Shown: positions 1 to 9,720 of the stretch, one piece after another | How the letters are laid out: every line of letters starts with the position of its first letter | Numbering within the stretch: position 1 is the stretch's first letter | DNA from: Candidatus Bathyarchaeia archaeon | GTDB lineage: Archaea > Thermoproteota > Bathyarchaeia > Bathyarchaeales > Bathycorpusculaceae | DNA length: 46,853 nt | Direction: 5' to 3' | NCBI GenBank assembly: GCA_050012255.1 | Contig: JBEKHN010000017.1 | Span: 1 to 46,853 of the forward strand | Notes under the pieces: generated by a model | What the model saw: the letters and a program-made list of their open reading frames with translations, nothing else | Database searches by the model: none | What the model was told of the DNA's origin: nothing | Position numbers and translations under genes: made by a program

Positions 1-186
1 ACCCCCTACCTTGGCGGTACCGCTGGTTTTGCCTATCAAGCAACAAAGCATGCGTACGGTGGTTGTTTTTCCTGCCCCGTTAGGTCCAAGAAAACCAAAA
101 ACTTCACCCTCATCAATATGTAAAGTAAGGTTATCTACTGCAGTGAGATTATCAAATTTCCTTGTCAGATTTTCGGCGTCAATCAT
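1..186 (-). CDS. ABC transporter ATP-binding protein, N-terminal part (runs off the window edge)
   Basis: Manual minus-strand translation from ATG at 186: MIDAENLTRKFDNLTAVDNLTLHIDEGEVFGFLGPNGAGKTTTVRMLCCL..., with Walker A GPNGAGKT. Not in the ORF track; ORF 11..235(+) is its antisense shadow. Confidence 0.9.
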   Translation of the reverse strand, partial: MIDAENLTRKFDNLTAVDNLTLHIDEGEVFGFLGPNGAGKTTTVRMLCCLIGKTSGTAKVGG

Positions 187-562
187 ACCAGCACCCTACA
201 AGCATTTACCAAAAATGTTGTATATATTTTTTTGAGCCTGAGCAGAGCCGTTGCGCCAACTTTTTAGATTCTTCCAAACTGAGCCTGGTGTTTCAGCATC
301 AGCAACCTAATTCATTAACCACTCAGCTCTATAGGGGGAATCTGGCTTTTTCGCTTTATAAAATCTTGGTCTACCCCCAACAATGGGAAATAATTTAGTC
401 CTTAAAGGGCAAAGTTGGTTCCAATTGACTGAAAAAACTGTAGGCGGTTATAGAGCCAGCATTTTTGCTAGTAAGCCTGTGTTCAAATATTACCCACGAC
501 CGTAAAACCCTAAATTAAGCTTGTTATGACAAAATAAGCTCGCAATACTCCCAAATTTCAGA

Positions 563-669
563 TGCGGGGGGTGGGATTTGAACCCACGAACCTCTACAGG
601 ACAGGCTCCTGAAGCTACCGCGTCGCACTAGGCGACTCTGCGCCTTTGGCCAAGCTCGGCGACCCCCGC
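563..669 (-). tRNA. tRNA-Leu(CAG) with a 22-nt intron at position 29/30 (intron 616..637)
   Basis: Acceptor stem GCGGGGG/CCCCCGC-A, D arm GCCGAGCTTGGCCAAAGGC, long variable arm, T arm GTGGG-TTCAAAT-CCCAC. Removing 616..637 restores CAGGC-TT-CAG-GA-GCCTG. BHB-like bulges AG^A and TA^G flank a GTCGC/GCGAC helix. Confidence 0.9.
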
Positions 670-938
670 CTGATCCTAACAGAATGGCAACTGGAAATGT
701 TTAAGAGTTACTCTACGTTCTACGTAGAGACGGTGTACATAAATGCCTACGCACGGTTCGCTTTCCAAAGCCGGAAAAGTCAGGTCTCAAACTCCAAAAA
801 TACAGGCTACACACAAGAAGAGCCCAAGTCCAAGGTTCAGAAACAGGCGGAACTACGAGAAAAGGGTAATTCTTCAGAGAAAGCCTGGACAAAACTGGGT
901 TTAAGGTTTTTATTTTTCTCACTCAATATTCCTTTAGC

Positions 939-2507
939 ATGTCAGAATCTAACTTTATACTTCTTAATGCCAATGTGGTGACGCTAAATCCTAAGCAGCC
1001 CAGGGCCCAAGCAATTGCCATTCAAGACGGCAAGATAATTGCCGTAGGTTCCAACCAGGAAATCCACAAGCATACGCGCAAAAACACAAAGGTTATCGAC
1101 TGCTGGAACAGGACGATTATTCCAGGACTTGTTGACTGCCACGCACATATGCTAGAATTCGGCTTTTCTCTGCAGAACCTCAACCTGAGACAGGCAAAAT
1201 CGATACGGGAGATCCAAGCAAAACTGCGCGAACATATCGATAAGAACCCTGAACTAGACTGGATTCTCGGAGGACATTGGGACCAAGAGAAACTTGCAGA
1301 AAAACGATATCCAACCCGCATGGACCTGGACACCGCGGTTGCAGATAAACCTGTCTTCCTAAGCCGTGTCTGCGGATGCTTAGGTGTCGCCAACACCAAA
1401 ACCTTGCAACTTGCTGGAATAACAAAAGAAACGACGGTCAAAGGAGGAAAGATAGACCTAGAAGAAGCCACCGGTCAGCCTAACGGCATCGTTCGAGGAA
1501 ACGCCATGAATCTTGTTTGGAAAGTAGTCCCAAAACCAAGCAAGGAAGAGCTCAAGAAAGCTTGCCTCTTGGCCTGCAGGAAAGCCGTGGAGGCTGGACT
1601 TACAGGAGTACATTGGCTTGTAAGGTCGGCTGAAGAAATGCGCGTTCTGCAAAGGCTGTACTCCGAGGGCAAGCTACCGTTGAGAGTCTACATTGGTGTG
1701 CCCGTGAAGCTCTTGGACGAGACTCTCAGCTTAGGATTGCTTCCGACCTTTGGAAACGACATGATAAGAATGGGCTTCATCAAAGTTTTGGCGGACGGCT
1801 CTCTCGGAGCCCGCACGGCTGCACTGAAAAAACCCTATTCTGATGATCCTGAAAAGCGGGGGATGATGCTCTATACGCAAAAAGAGCTCTGTCAAATCGT
1901 TTTGAAAGCTCACAGTGGCGAGCTACAGCTCGGCGTTCATGCCATAGGCGACCGAGCAATGGAAAACGTTCTGAAAGCCTTTGAAGAAGCCCTGAAAAAG
2001 CTACCAAGACAGGATCACAGGCATAGAATCGAACATTGTTCCATTCTGAACCCGGAACTCATCACCCGCATGAAGCGCTTGAGCTTAGTGGCCTCGGTGC
2101 AACCTCACTTTGTCGCTTCCGACTTCTGGATCCTCGACCGTGTCGGCCGCGAAAGAGCACGCTGGGCTTACCCATTCAAAACACTTCTGGAGGAAGGAGT
2201 GACAGTTGCCTCTGGTTCAGACTGCCCAATTGAGCAGATCAGTCCCCTGCTTGGCATATGGGCAGCCGTGGTAAGGAAAGACAATGTGGAGGAAAGACTC
2301 AATGTCGAAGAGGCTTTGAAAACGTACACGTTGAACGCAGCTTATGCCTCCTTCGATGAGGAGAAGAAGGGGACGATTGAAGCTGGAAAACATGCAGACC
2401 TCACGATGGTGTCACATGATCTGACGAAGATTCCGTCAGAGAAGATACGCGATGTAGCGGTGGAAATGGTCATCGTCGATGGAAAGATTGTCTACTCTAA
2501 ACAGTGA
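939..2507 (+). CDS. Metal-dependent amidohydrolase (YtcJ-like / amidohydrolase_3 family)
   Basis: PGLVDCHAH (HxH), KVLADGSLGARTA, HAIGD, RIEH and SGSDCP motifs. Confidence 0.9.
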   Translation: MSESNFILLNANVVTLNPKQPRAQAIAIQDGKIIAVGSNQEIHKHTRKNTKVIDCWNRTIIPGLVDCHAHMLEFGFSLQNLNLRQAKSIREIQAKLREHIDKNPELDWILGGHWDQEKLAEKRYPTRMDLDTAVADKPVFLSRVCGCLGVANTKTLQLAGITKETTVKGGKIDLEEATGQPNGIVRGNAMNLVWKVVPKPSKEELKKACLLACRKAVEAGLTGVHWLVRSAEEMRVLQRLYSEGKLPLRVYIGVPVKLLDETLSLGLLPTFGNDMIRMGFIKVLADGSLGARTAALKKPYSDDPEKRGMMLYTQKELCQIVLKAHSGELQLGVHAIGDRAMENVLKAFEEALKKLPRQDHRHRIEHCSILNPELITRMKRLSLVASVQPHFVASDFWILDRVGRERARWAYPFKTLLEEGVTVASGSDCPIEQISPLLGIWAAVVRKDNVEERLNVEEALKTYTLNAAYASFDEEKKGTIEAGKHADLTMVSHDLTKIPSEKIRDVAVEMVIVDGKIVYSKQ

Positions 2508-2565
2508 AGCTGGAAGCTCGGTTTATTTGCATGTTTCAAATTAACCCATAACGGTCGCCTTCACC

Positions 2566-4161
2566 TTGAACGAGGACAAGCCAATAGAAGAAATAATCAG
2601 AAATCTCATGCACATTTCCGCACCTAGCTCCAGCGATCTGAGCCGCGCAAAGGCAAAGGCGGCTTCCAAGTACCGACTCCAAAGGATACCCTCAAACTCG
2701 GAAATAATATGCATGCTCAAGCAGGAAGAAAAACGCAAACTTCTCCCACTGCTGCGAAGAAAGACAACACGGACGATATCAGGCGTCGCAGTCTTGGCCG
2801 CAATGACTAAGCCATACCCATGCCCACAAGATGAGCCCTGCGCCTACTGCCCAGGAGGACCAAAACAGGGAGTTCCCCAGAGCTACACAGGCTTTGAACC
2901 CGCAGCAATGCGAGGACTGCAAAACGACTTCAACCCCTACTTGCAAGTGAAGACGCGCATTCAACAGTTGAAAGCAATAGGACACAAAGTTGACAAGGTA
3001 GAACTGATAATCATGGGAGGAACTTTTCCTGCCACTCCAGCAGATTACCAAACCTGGTTCATCCAACGCTGTCTGGACGCAATCACTCAGAAAGATTCAG
3101 CCAATCTGGAAGAGGCGAAGAAGAACGCAGAAACGAGCGCAATGCGTAACGTGGGATTAACCGTTGAAACGCGTCCAGATTGGGCGAAAGAAGCGCACGT
3201 GGACCAAATGCTTAACATGGGTGTAACCCGTGTGGAAATGGGCGTTCAATACCCAAGCGACAGAATCTATCATCTCGTCGGTAGAAAACATTCACTCGCA
3301 GAAGTTGTTGAGGCAACACGAATAATGAAGGACGCTGGGCTGAAAGTCGTCTACCATCTGATGCCTGGGCTTCCCGGCACCAACCGCGAAGAAGACCTTG
3401 AAGCTTTCAGGACAATTTTCACCAACCCTAAATTCAAACCCGACATGGTCAAAATCTATCCATGCTTAGTTTTGAAAGACACAAAAGCGTATGAATGGTA
3501 CCGTCAAGGCACGTACACACCTTACACAAACGAGGAAGCAGCAGACCTCATCGCGGAAGTCAAGAGAATCATACCGCCGTGGGTACGCGTGATGCGAGTC
3601 CAGCGCGATATCCCTGCGCCTCTGATAGTTGCAGGCGTCAACAAGAGCAACCTCCGCCAAATAGTACAGAAGAAGGTTCAAGAAAAAGGCTTCAGATGCA
3701 GGTGTATACGCTGCAGAGAAGTCGGCCACAGGATCACAAGCGGTAACATAAAGGTTGACTCAGAAAAAATCCAGACTCTAACCACACGATACGAGGCCTC
3801 AGAGGGCCAAGAAATCTTCATATCCGCAGAAGACCCTGAAAACGACGTACTGATCGGCTATCTGAGACTCAGGGTTCCATCGGAAAAGGCGCATCGACCA
3901 GAAGTGAAAGCCACAATGTGCACAATAGTGCGGGAATTGCATGTTTACGGTTCACTTGTCCCAGTTGGCGAACACTTTGCAAAAGCCTGGCAGCACAAGG
4001 GCTACGGAGGCATTCTGCTCGCTCAAGCGGAGCGCATAACTCTGGAAGAGTACGGTTTCAAAAAGATTCTAGTTATAAGCGCCCTTGGTACAAAACAATA
4101 CTATAAGCGGTTCGGCTACGATTACGATGGAGTTTACATGTCAAAAACATTGGAGAATTAA
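2566..4161 (+). CDS. elp3: Elp3 tRNA uridine(34) acetyltransferase (radical SAM + KAT domains)
   Basis: PCPQDEPCAYCPGG cluster motif, QSYTGFEPAAMR, ETRPD, KIYP, RVQRDIP, VRELHVYG, WQHKGYG. Confidence 0.95.
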   Translation: MNEDKPIEEIIRNLMHISAPSSSDLSRAKAKAASKYRLQRIPSNSEIICMLKQEEKRKLLPLLRRKTTRTISGVAVLAAMTKPYPCPQDEPCAYCPGGPKQGVPQSYTGFEPAAMRGLQNDFNPYLQVKTRIQQLKAIGHKVDKVELIIMGGTFPATPADYQTWFIQRCLDAITQKDSANLEEAKKNAETSAMRNVGLTVETRPDWAKEAHVDQMLNMGVTRVEMGVQYPSDRIYHLVGRKHSLAEVVEATRIMKDAGLKVVYHLMPGLPGTNREEDLEAFRTIFTNPKFKPDMVKIYPCLVLKDTKAYEWYRQGTYTPYTNEEAADLIAEVKRIIPPWVRVMRVQRDIPAPLIVAGVNKSNLRQIVQKKVQEKGFRCRCIRCREVGHRITSGNIKVDSEKIQTLTTRYEASEGQEIFISAEDPENDVLIGYLRLRVPSEKAHRPEVKATMCTIVRELHVYGSLVPVGEHFAKAWQHKGYGGILLAQAERITLEEYGFKKILVISALGTKQYYKRFGYDYDGVYMSKTLEN

Positions 4162-4163
4162 AA

Positions 4164-5525
4164 ATGGCTGAAAAAGAAACGGGCTACCGAGGCAAAGCTC
4201 TTGAGGCAATCAAAAAGGCTCGGGCTAACATAGGCGATGTGATTCGTGTAACCAGAGAAAACGAGGTATACGAAGGAATTCTGATCCCCCGATCTGAGTA
4301 CGGTGACGAAAAGCATGTTGTCGTGAAGCTGAAAAATGGTTACAACATCGGCATAGCCATAACCGCGGACACGAAGGTTGAGAAAGTCGGAGAAGGCATG
4401 GAACCGACCTTTGCAGCGCCACCTCTTCCCGAACAGAAGCCAGAGCTTCCAAGAACCACCATAATAAGCACGGGTGGAACAATAGCCAGCCGCGTGGATT
4501 ACCGAACAGGCGGAGTCAGGCCAGCTTTGACCGCAAACGACCTCTACAGCGTTGTCCCCGAACTGGCAGACGTGGCACGCATAGAAACCCAGATACTTCT
4601 GAGCCTTTTCAGCGAAAACATTGGGTCCCAACAATGGACTCAAATCGCTCATGCCATCGCAAAGCAGATGTCAGAAGGAATCGAAGGCGTCATCGTAGCC
4701 CACGGAACAGACACCATGGGATACACTGCCGCAGCCCTTAGCTTCGCATTACAAAGCCTCCCAGCCCCAGTCATAATCGTTGGCTCGCAACGTTCAGCAG
4801 ATCGCCCGAGCTCAGATGCCGCCACAAATCTCCTCGGAGCTGTCTCGGCCGCGGCCAAAGCGCCGTTCGCTGAAGTAGTAGTCGCAATGCACGAGACGCC
4901 CTCAGACAACTACATAGCATTTCACAGGGGAACAAAAGTCCGAAAATGCCACACCAGCAGAAGAGACGCGTTCAAGTCAGTGAATGCAACACCGATTGCA
5001 AGGGTAGAAGAAAACGAGATAGTCATGCTAACACAAGACTATCAAAAACGAGACCCATCAAGAACACTCGTGCTAAGGCCAGACTTCCAAGAAAAGGTCG
5101 CGTTGATAAAATTCTACCCTGGAATGGACCCGGCAATCATACATTTCTATACAGAGAAAGAATACAAGGGCATTGTCATTGAAGGCACGGGTCTGGGTCA
5201 CATCAGCAAAGCCTGTTACGAGGGCTTGAGAAAAGCTGTCGGACAGGGCATTATCATTGCGATGACGTCTCAGTGTATCTGGGGACGCGTAAACATGAAC
5301 GTTTACGACGCAGGCCGCGATTTGCAAGCTCTAGGCGTGATCCCCTTAGAGGATATGCTTCCCGAGACGGCTCTTGTCAAACTCATGTGGGTTCTTGGAC
5401 AGACCGAGGACCGCGAAGAGGCAAAGAAACTATTGAAAACAAACATTGCGGCAGAGTTTTCGCTAAGAACCCTTGCGGAGAAGATGAGTTGCGAGCAACA
5501 CAAAGGTGGTTGCGATTGGAGCTAG
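4164..5525 (+). CDS. gatD: Glutamyl-tRNA(Gln) amidotransferase subunit D
   Basis: STGGTIASRVDYRTG, HGTDTM, SQRSADRPSSD, RKCHTSRRDAF; adjacent to gatE. Confidence 0.96.
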   Translation: MAEKETGYRGKALEAIKKARANIGDVIRVTRENEVYEGILIPRSEYGDEKHVVVKLKNGYNIGIAITADTKVEKVGEGMEPTFAAPPLPEQKPELPRTTIISTGGTIASRVDYRTGGVRPALTANDLYSVVPELADVARIETQILLSLFSENIGSQQWTQIAHAIAKQMSEGIEGVIVAHGTDTMGYTAAALSFALQSLPAPVIIVGSQRSADRPSSDAATNLLGAVSAAAKAPFAEVVVAMHETPSDNYIAFHRGTKVRKCHTSRRDAFKSVNATPIARVEENEIVMLTQDYQKRDPSRTLVLRPDFQEKVALIKFYPGMDPAIIHFYTEKEYKGIVIEGTGLGHISKACYEGLRKAVGQGIIIAMTSQCIWGRVNMNVYDAGRDLQALGVIPLEDMLPETALVKLMWVLGQTEDREEAKKLLKTNIAAEFSLRTLAEKMSCEQHKGGCDWS

Positions 5526-7420
5526 ACTACGAAAAAATCGGGTTAAAGGTCGGCCTAGAAATCCACCAGCAACTGAACACTTCGACGAAACTGTTCTGTA
5601 ACTGTAAGCCGGCACTCTTCAAAGAAGAACCAGAAATAACTTTTCTGCGCAGACTCAGACCGACCCAGAGCGAGCTGGGTCAAGTGGACGCTGCGGCTTT
5701 CTTCGAATTTCAAAAGGGAGTCAAAATCCTCTACGAGGCAAACAATGCGACGTCATGCCTTGTTGAGATGGATGAAGAACCTCCACACGCCTTGAACGAG
5801 GAAGCCGTCGAAACAGTCCTGACGGCGGCTCTAATGATGAATGCTAAGCCAGTTGGCGAAATACACGTGATGCGCAAGACAGTGATAGACGGCTCAAACA
5901 CTACAGGTTTTCAAAGAACATGCGTAGTGGCCCTGAACGGAGAAATCAAAGTGGGCGAAAAAACGGTTCCAATTCAACACGCAAGCCTGGAAGAGGACGC
6001 TGCGAGAAAAACAGGCGAAGAGAAAGGAAGCACAATAAAGTATCGCATTGACCGCCTGGGTATACCACTGATAGAAGTTGCCACCGCGCCAGTCATAAAG
6101 TCGCCTAATGAAGCCGCAGAAGTGGCACTCGCAATCGGAAGTATACTGAGAGCAACTGGAAAAGTCATGCGCGGTCTCGGCTCAATCCGCCAAGACATAA
6201 ACATATCGATCCCTCGAGGTGCTCTTATAGAAATCAAAGGTCTACAAGAACTCGAACTTGTTTCAATCGTTGTCGAGTACGAAGTCCGTCGTCAGCTTAA
6301 CCTCATTAGAATAAGTGAAGAACTGAGGAAGAGAGGAGTTGAAGACGACCAAGTAAGGGCCGAGTTCTTCAACGTAGAAGACATCTTCAAGAATACGAAG
6401 TGCAAAGTGATTCAAAAAGCCCTGGAGAAGAAGCAGCAGGTTCTGGCCGTTAGGTTGCCAAAGTTCAAGGACCTCCTGAAATGGGAATTAGGCCCTGGAT
6501 TGCGGCTTGGAACAGAGATGGCTGACAGAGCCAAGTTTTGGGGAAGAGTAGGGGGGATATTCCACACGGATGAGCTACCAGCCTACGGAATAACGACAGA
6601 AGAGGTTGAAAAACTGAGAAAGAACCTTGAAGCCCATGATGAGGACGCCGTGGTTCTTGTCGCAGACAATCAGGAAAACGCTGGAGACGCGTTAAGAGCC
6701 GTGGTGGAAAGAGCACGAGAAGCAATAGCAGGCGTACCTCAAGAAACGCGAGGACCAAACCCTGACGGGACAACACGCTACATGAGACCTCGCCCCGGTG
6801 CAGCAAGAATGTATCCGGAAACAGACATCCCACCCGTTCAAATCTCACAAAACTACGTGGACCAAATTCGTTCTCACCTACCAGAACTCCCAGAACAGAA
6901 ACTCGAACGGCTGCAGAAAGAGTACAGGCTCAATGACAAGCTGGCTAGACAGATCCTGAACTCCGAATACACTGAACTGTTTGAAAACATAGTAAGACAG
7001 AGCAAAGTCTCACCAACAACCATCGCAGCATTCATGACCGAGACTCTGAAGGCATTAAAACGAGACGGCATCACAGTGGAAAAAGTGTCAGACACACAGC
7101 TGAGCGGCATCTTCAGACTCGTAGGGGAAGGAAAACTTGCGAAAGAAGCAATCTCGCAGGTGTTCACTTGGCTGTCAAAGAATGAGGACAAGACTATTGA
7201 AGAAGCTATCAGAGAGCTTGGCTTGCAAACCATCCCTCAGGCTGAACTAGAGAAGTTGGTGACCAAGATCGTTGAGGAAAACAAAGAATTGATCAAGAAG
7301 CATGGAGAAAGCAGCTTCAGCCTCCTAATGGGCATAGCCATGAACAACCTGCGGGGCAAGGCGAACGCAGCACTTGTAAGTAAAGTGCTGAAACAAAGGC
7401 TTAAAGAAGCCCTAGAATAG
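5516..7420 (+). CDS. gatE: Glutamyl-tRNA(Gln) amidotransferase subunit E
   Basis: GLKVGLEIHQQL, DGSNTTGFQRT, RMYPETDIP. Start set at TTG 5516 (AGGTGG RBS-like upstream, overlapping the gatD stop) rather than 5273. Confidence 0.95.
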   Translation: MELDYEKIGLKVGLEIHQQLNTSTKLFCNCKPALFKEEPEITFLRRLRPTQSELGQVDAAAFFEFQKGVKILYEANNATSCLVEMDEEPPHALNEEAVETVLTAALMMNAKPVGEIHVMRKTVIDGSNTTGFQRTCVVALNGEIKVGEKTVPIQHASLEEDAARKTGEEKGSTIKYRIDRLGIPLIEVATAPVIKSPNEAAEVALAIGSILRATGKVMRGLGSIRQDINISIPRGALIEIKGLQELELVSIVVEYEVRRQLNLIRISEELRKRGVEDDQVRAEFFNVEDIFKNTKCKVIQKALEKKQQVLAVRLPKFKDLLKWELGPGLRLGTEMADRAKFWGRVGGIFHTDELPAYGITTEEVEKLRKNLEAHDEDAVVLVADNQENAGDALRAVVERAREAIAGVPQETRGPNPDGTTRYMRPRPGAARMYPETDIPPVQISQNYVDQIRSHLPELPEQKLERLQKEYRLNDKLARQILNSEYTELFENIVRQSKVSPTTIAAFMTETLKALKRDGITVEKVSDTQLSGIFRLVGEGKLAKEAISQVFTWLSKNEDKTIEEAIRELGLQTIPQAELEKLVTKIVEENKELIKKHGESSFSLLMGIAMNNLRGKANAALVSKVLKQRLKEALE

Positions 7421-7424
7421 AAAC

Positions 7425-8060
7425 CTACTTCTGCTTCTGATCAGTCACAGCTATGACAGGAGTCCTCAGCAGTCTGGCATCCTCGCCACAGTATGGGCAT
7501 ATCTTGAATTCAGGCAACAAAGGCTTTCCGCATGCCAAGCACACATAAGAGTACTTCACATTATCCTCGAGCTTCTCCACTTCTTTCGCCAAGTCATTCA
7601 ACTCTAGCCTGATCAGATCAACGGTCGTCGCCAAAGGCTGAATTTCCTTCACTTCTGTCCTCACGTTGCAGATCATATCCTTAACATTTGCGATAGTCTC
7701 ACTGCTAGACTCTAACGTCTCGTACATCGCATCGAGAATTTCGCTCTTATCTTCAACCACCTTGGTCTCGGCAGCACTCTGCTTCTTGGCATCTGAAACC
7801 GCCTTCTTCAAGAGCTTTTCCATAGGGTTCTCAAAGGCTACTGCGCACGTGATCCCCCAAAAAACCAAGCTCGCCAAAGCAGACAGCCATAAATATAGAA
7901 CGGGCGAAACGCTGTTCAGATTCCCGCCAACAAAGGGATAGAGCTTAAGAAGCTTGATCTCGCCTCCAGAAACCAAAACGTAAATCGCCTCAATCAGGTG
8001 CGCAACCGACACGAACGTCAGGGAGCTGAAGATCCAGACGGAAAGCCCTTTCTTTGCCAA
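7425..8060 (-). CDS. Membrane-anchored coiled-coil protein with C-terminal zinc ribbon
   Basis: Two hydrophobic segments, a heptad-rich middle, CLAC...CPYC at the C-terminus; GGTGA RBS before the TTG start. Confidence 0.75.
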   Translation of the reverse strand: MAKKGLSVWIFSSLTFVSVAHLIEAIYVLVSGGEIKLLKLYPFVGGNLNSVSPVLYLWLSALASLVFWGITCAVAFENPMEKLLKKAVSDAKKQSAAETKVVEDKSEILDAMYETLESSSETIANVKDMICNVRTEVKEIQPLATTVDLIRLELNDLAKEVEKLEDNVKYSYVCLACGKPLLPEFKICPYCGEDARLLRTPVIAVTDQKQK

Positions 8061-8100
8061 GGATTTTCACCATTGTTGAGAAGGCGATACAAGGTCAACT

Positions 8101-8125
8101 ATTGTATCTTAATATTTAATACAAT
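8101..8125. promoter_or_regulatory. Inverted repeat ATTGTAT-N11-ATACAAT enclosing AT-rich TATA-like sequence in a divergent promoter
   Basis: attgtat cttaatattta atacaat read directly, between divergent genes starting at 8060(-) and 8219(+). Confidence 0.45.
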
Positions 8126-8218
8126 GCTTCCCACCTGCAACATATATCGAAAATCGTAACATGTCCAAATGCGCAAATCCTAAAAGGAGTTGTCACTTTC
8201 CTATATCAGGGGATAGGT

Positions 8219-8719
8219 TTGCAGCAGAAGAAACCTAGAAAAACCGGTGGAAGTTTTGCCTTTCGAGTGAAGATAGGGGACTATGAGGTCGAGGTCACCG
8301 GGGCCTACGAACAAGTTCTTGATACGATCAAAGTCTTGCCGAGCCTGATAAGCGACATCGACAAGGCATTTGAAAAAGTGAAACCTAAGAAGGTGGCAAC
8401 ACTAACCGTCAAGACCGGGGCTCCCGACGCCGAAAGACCTTCATCCCAACAATACCCGCGCATATCGCACACGGCAAAACCCGATGAGGCACTCTTGAAA
8501 GTTCTCGAAACTGATTGGGGAAAATGGCGCCCACGCACGATCGACGAGCTCAGCGAAGCATTAAAGGCAAATGAACTGGAACACTCAGTGCGCACCCTCG
8601 CAGCAGTCCTTATGGAGCTAGTCAAGAAAGAAAAGATCAAACGTTGGAGCACCAACACCGGCTACGTGTACATTCTCGCTGAAAAAGAAGCTCTACGTTC
8701 ACGAGGAGACGCTGAATGA
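8219..8719 (+). CDS. Hypothetical protein A: N-terminal beta-hairpin-helix, C-terminal winged-helix-like domain
   Basis: FRVKIGDYEVEVTG...; RTIDELSEALKAN...TLAAVLMELVKKEKIKRW..GYVYIL matches a wHTH pattern. 4-nt overlap with the next gene. Confidence 0.75.
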   Translation: MQQKKPRKTGGSFAFRVKIGDYEVEVTGAYEQVLDTIKVLPSLISDIDKAFEKVKPKKVATLTVKTGAPDAERPSSQQYPRISHTAKPDEALLKVLETDWGKWRPRTIDELSEALKANELEHSVRTLAAVLMELVKKEKIKRWSTNTGYVYILAEKEALRSRGDAE

Positions 8720-9186
8720 ACAGGGTTGAAGCACGAATCAAAACGCCCTTCGGTGAAATCATAGTCGAGGGCGAAAACCCCCAAGAAGTCCTCAAGATAC
8801 TCGAGAACTTTCCAGACAATTTCATGCAAAAAGTGTCTGAACTCGTCTCAAGCCGTTTGATTCCATCAGGGGCTCAGCTGAAAGGCATTGTTGAATCTAC
8901 AACAGAGGGGCCTGTAATAGTAGCCCACGAAAACCTAACACACTATGAAGCGATAGGCTTGACACTGTATGCTTCAGAAGAGAAGAAGAACACTGCGGCG
9001 AAGATAACGAAGCTTCTAGAGTCAAGCGGAATGAAATGCATGGTCCCAGCTCGACTCAACGAAATGACGAAGAGAGGGCAAGTGTTCAAACCAGATCCCA
9101 ACAGACCTGAATTTAAGCTTACGATCCAAGGCGAGAGATGGGTTGAAAACGAAGTCCTAGCCAAGCTCAGAGGTAAGATCGGTTGA
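8716..9186 (+). CDS. Hypothetical protein B: beta-hairpin-helix + winged-helix-like domain
   Basis: VEARIKTPFGEIIVEGENPQEV...; PARLNEMTKRGQVFK..EFKLTIQGERWV (MarR-like wing). ATGA overlap with the upstream gene. Confidence 0.75.
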   Translation: MNRVEARIKTPFGEIIVEGENPQEVLKILENFPDNFMQKVSELVSSRLIPSGAQLKGIVESTTEGPVIVAHENLTHYEAIGLTLYASEEKKNTAAKITKLLESSGMKCMVPARLNEMTKRGQVFKPDPNRPEFKLTIQGERWVENEVLAKLRGKIG

Positions 9187-9701
9187 GTGAAGAACCAAAC
9201 AGCTTGATGGTTCACATCAGGTACAAGGACGTTGAAAAGACATTCTCGGGCAACCCAGAAGAAGTTTGGTTGCTACTGAACAAATTCTTTGCTGAGCTAC
9301 TTCCTTCATTCGAAACTGCGAGAAAACTGACATTGAGCGTTGACCTGAAAACCCTAGCTAAGGACAGCGAGAAGGTCTTGGCCTTTGCAGAAGAGGGCCC
9401 CTACATACTCGTGCCAAGAAACAAGTTGACGGACAACGAGACTCTCGCATTGCTGCTTTTAGCTAATCATATGGGACGCCGATTGGGCAAGGTCCAGGGC
9501 GATGGTCTTTCCAAGGAAGAACTCCAAGCAAAACTCGGAAAAGACGCAAAAATAACGAGCACACGCTTGGGCGAACTCGTAAAAAACGAGATGGTGACGA
9601 AAACCGCTGACGACACTTACAAGATCACAACCTTTGGCCTAGTTCAGCTTCAAAAAGACATTCTACCAAGAATCAAGGCAAGAACTGGCATTCTAGCCTA
9701 G
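9183..9701 (+). CDS. Hypothetical protein C: beta-hairpin-helix + winged-helix-like domain
   Basis: VHIRYKDVEKTFSGNPEEV...; LSKEELQAKLG..ITSTRLGELVKNEMVTK..YKITTFG. TTGA overlap with the upstream gene. Confidence 0.75.
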   Translation: MSEEPNSLMVHIRYKDVEKTFSGNPEEVWLLLNKFFAELLPSFETARKLTLSVDLKTLAKDSEKVLAFAEEGPYILVPRNKLTDNETLALLLLANHMGRRLGKVQGDGLSKEELQAKLGKDAKITSTRLGELVKNEMVTKTADDTYKITTFGLVQLQKDILPRIKARTGILA

Positions 9702-9720
9702 CTATATAAGTGCAGATCGT

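Noticed and set aside
11-235. Plus-strand ORF MAVPLVLP...VVFPAPLGP
   Set aside because: Classic antisense shadow of the minus-strand ABC ATPase Walker A region.
646-981. 111-aa ORF overlapping tRNA-Leu and the amidohydrolase start
   Set aside because: Overlaps a tRNA and its promoter; no recognisable motif.
5273-5515. N-terminal extension of gatE in the ORF track
   Set aside because: Lies within gatD; GatE homology and an RBS-like sequence begin at 5516.
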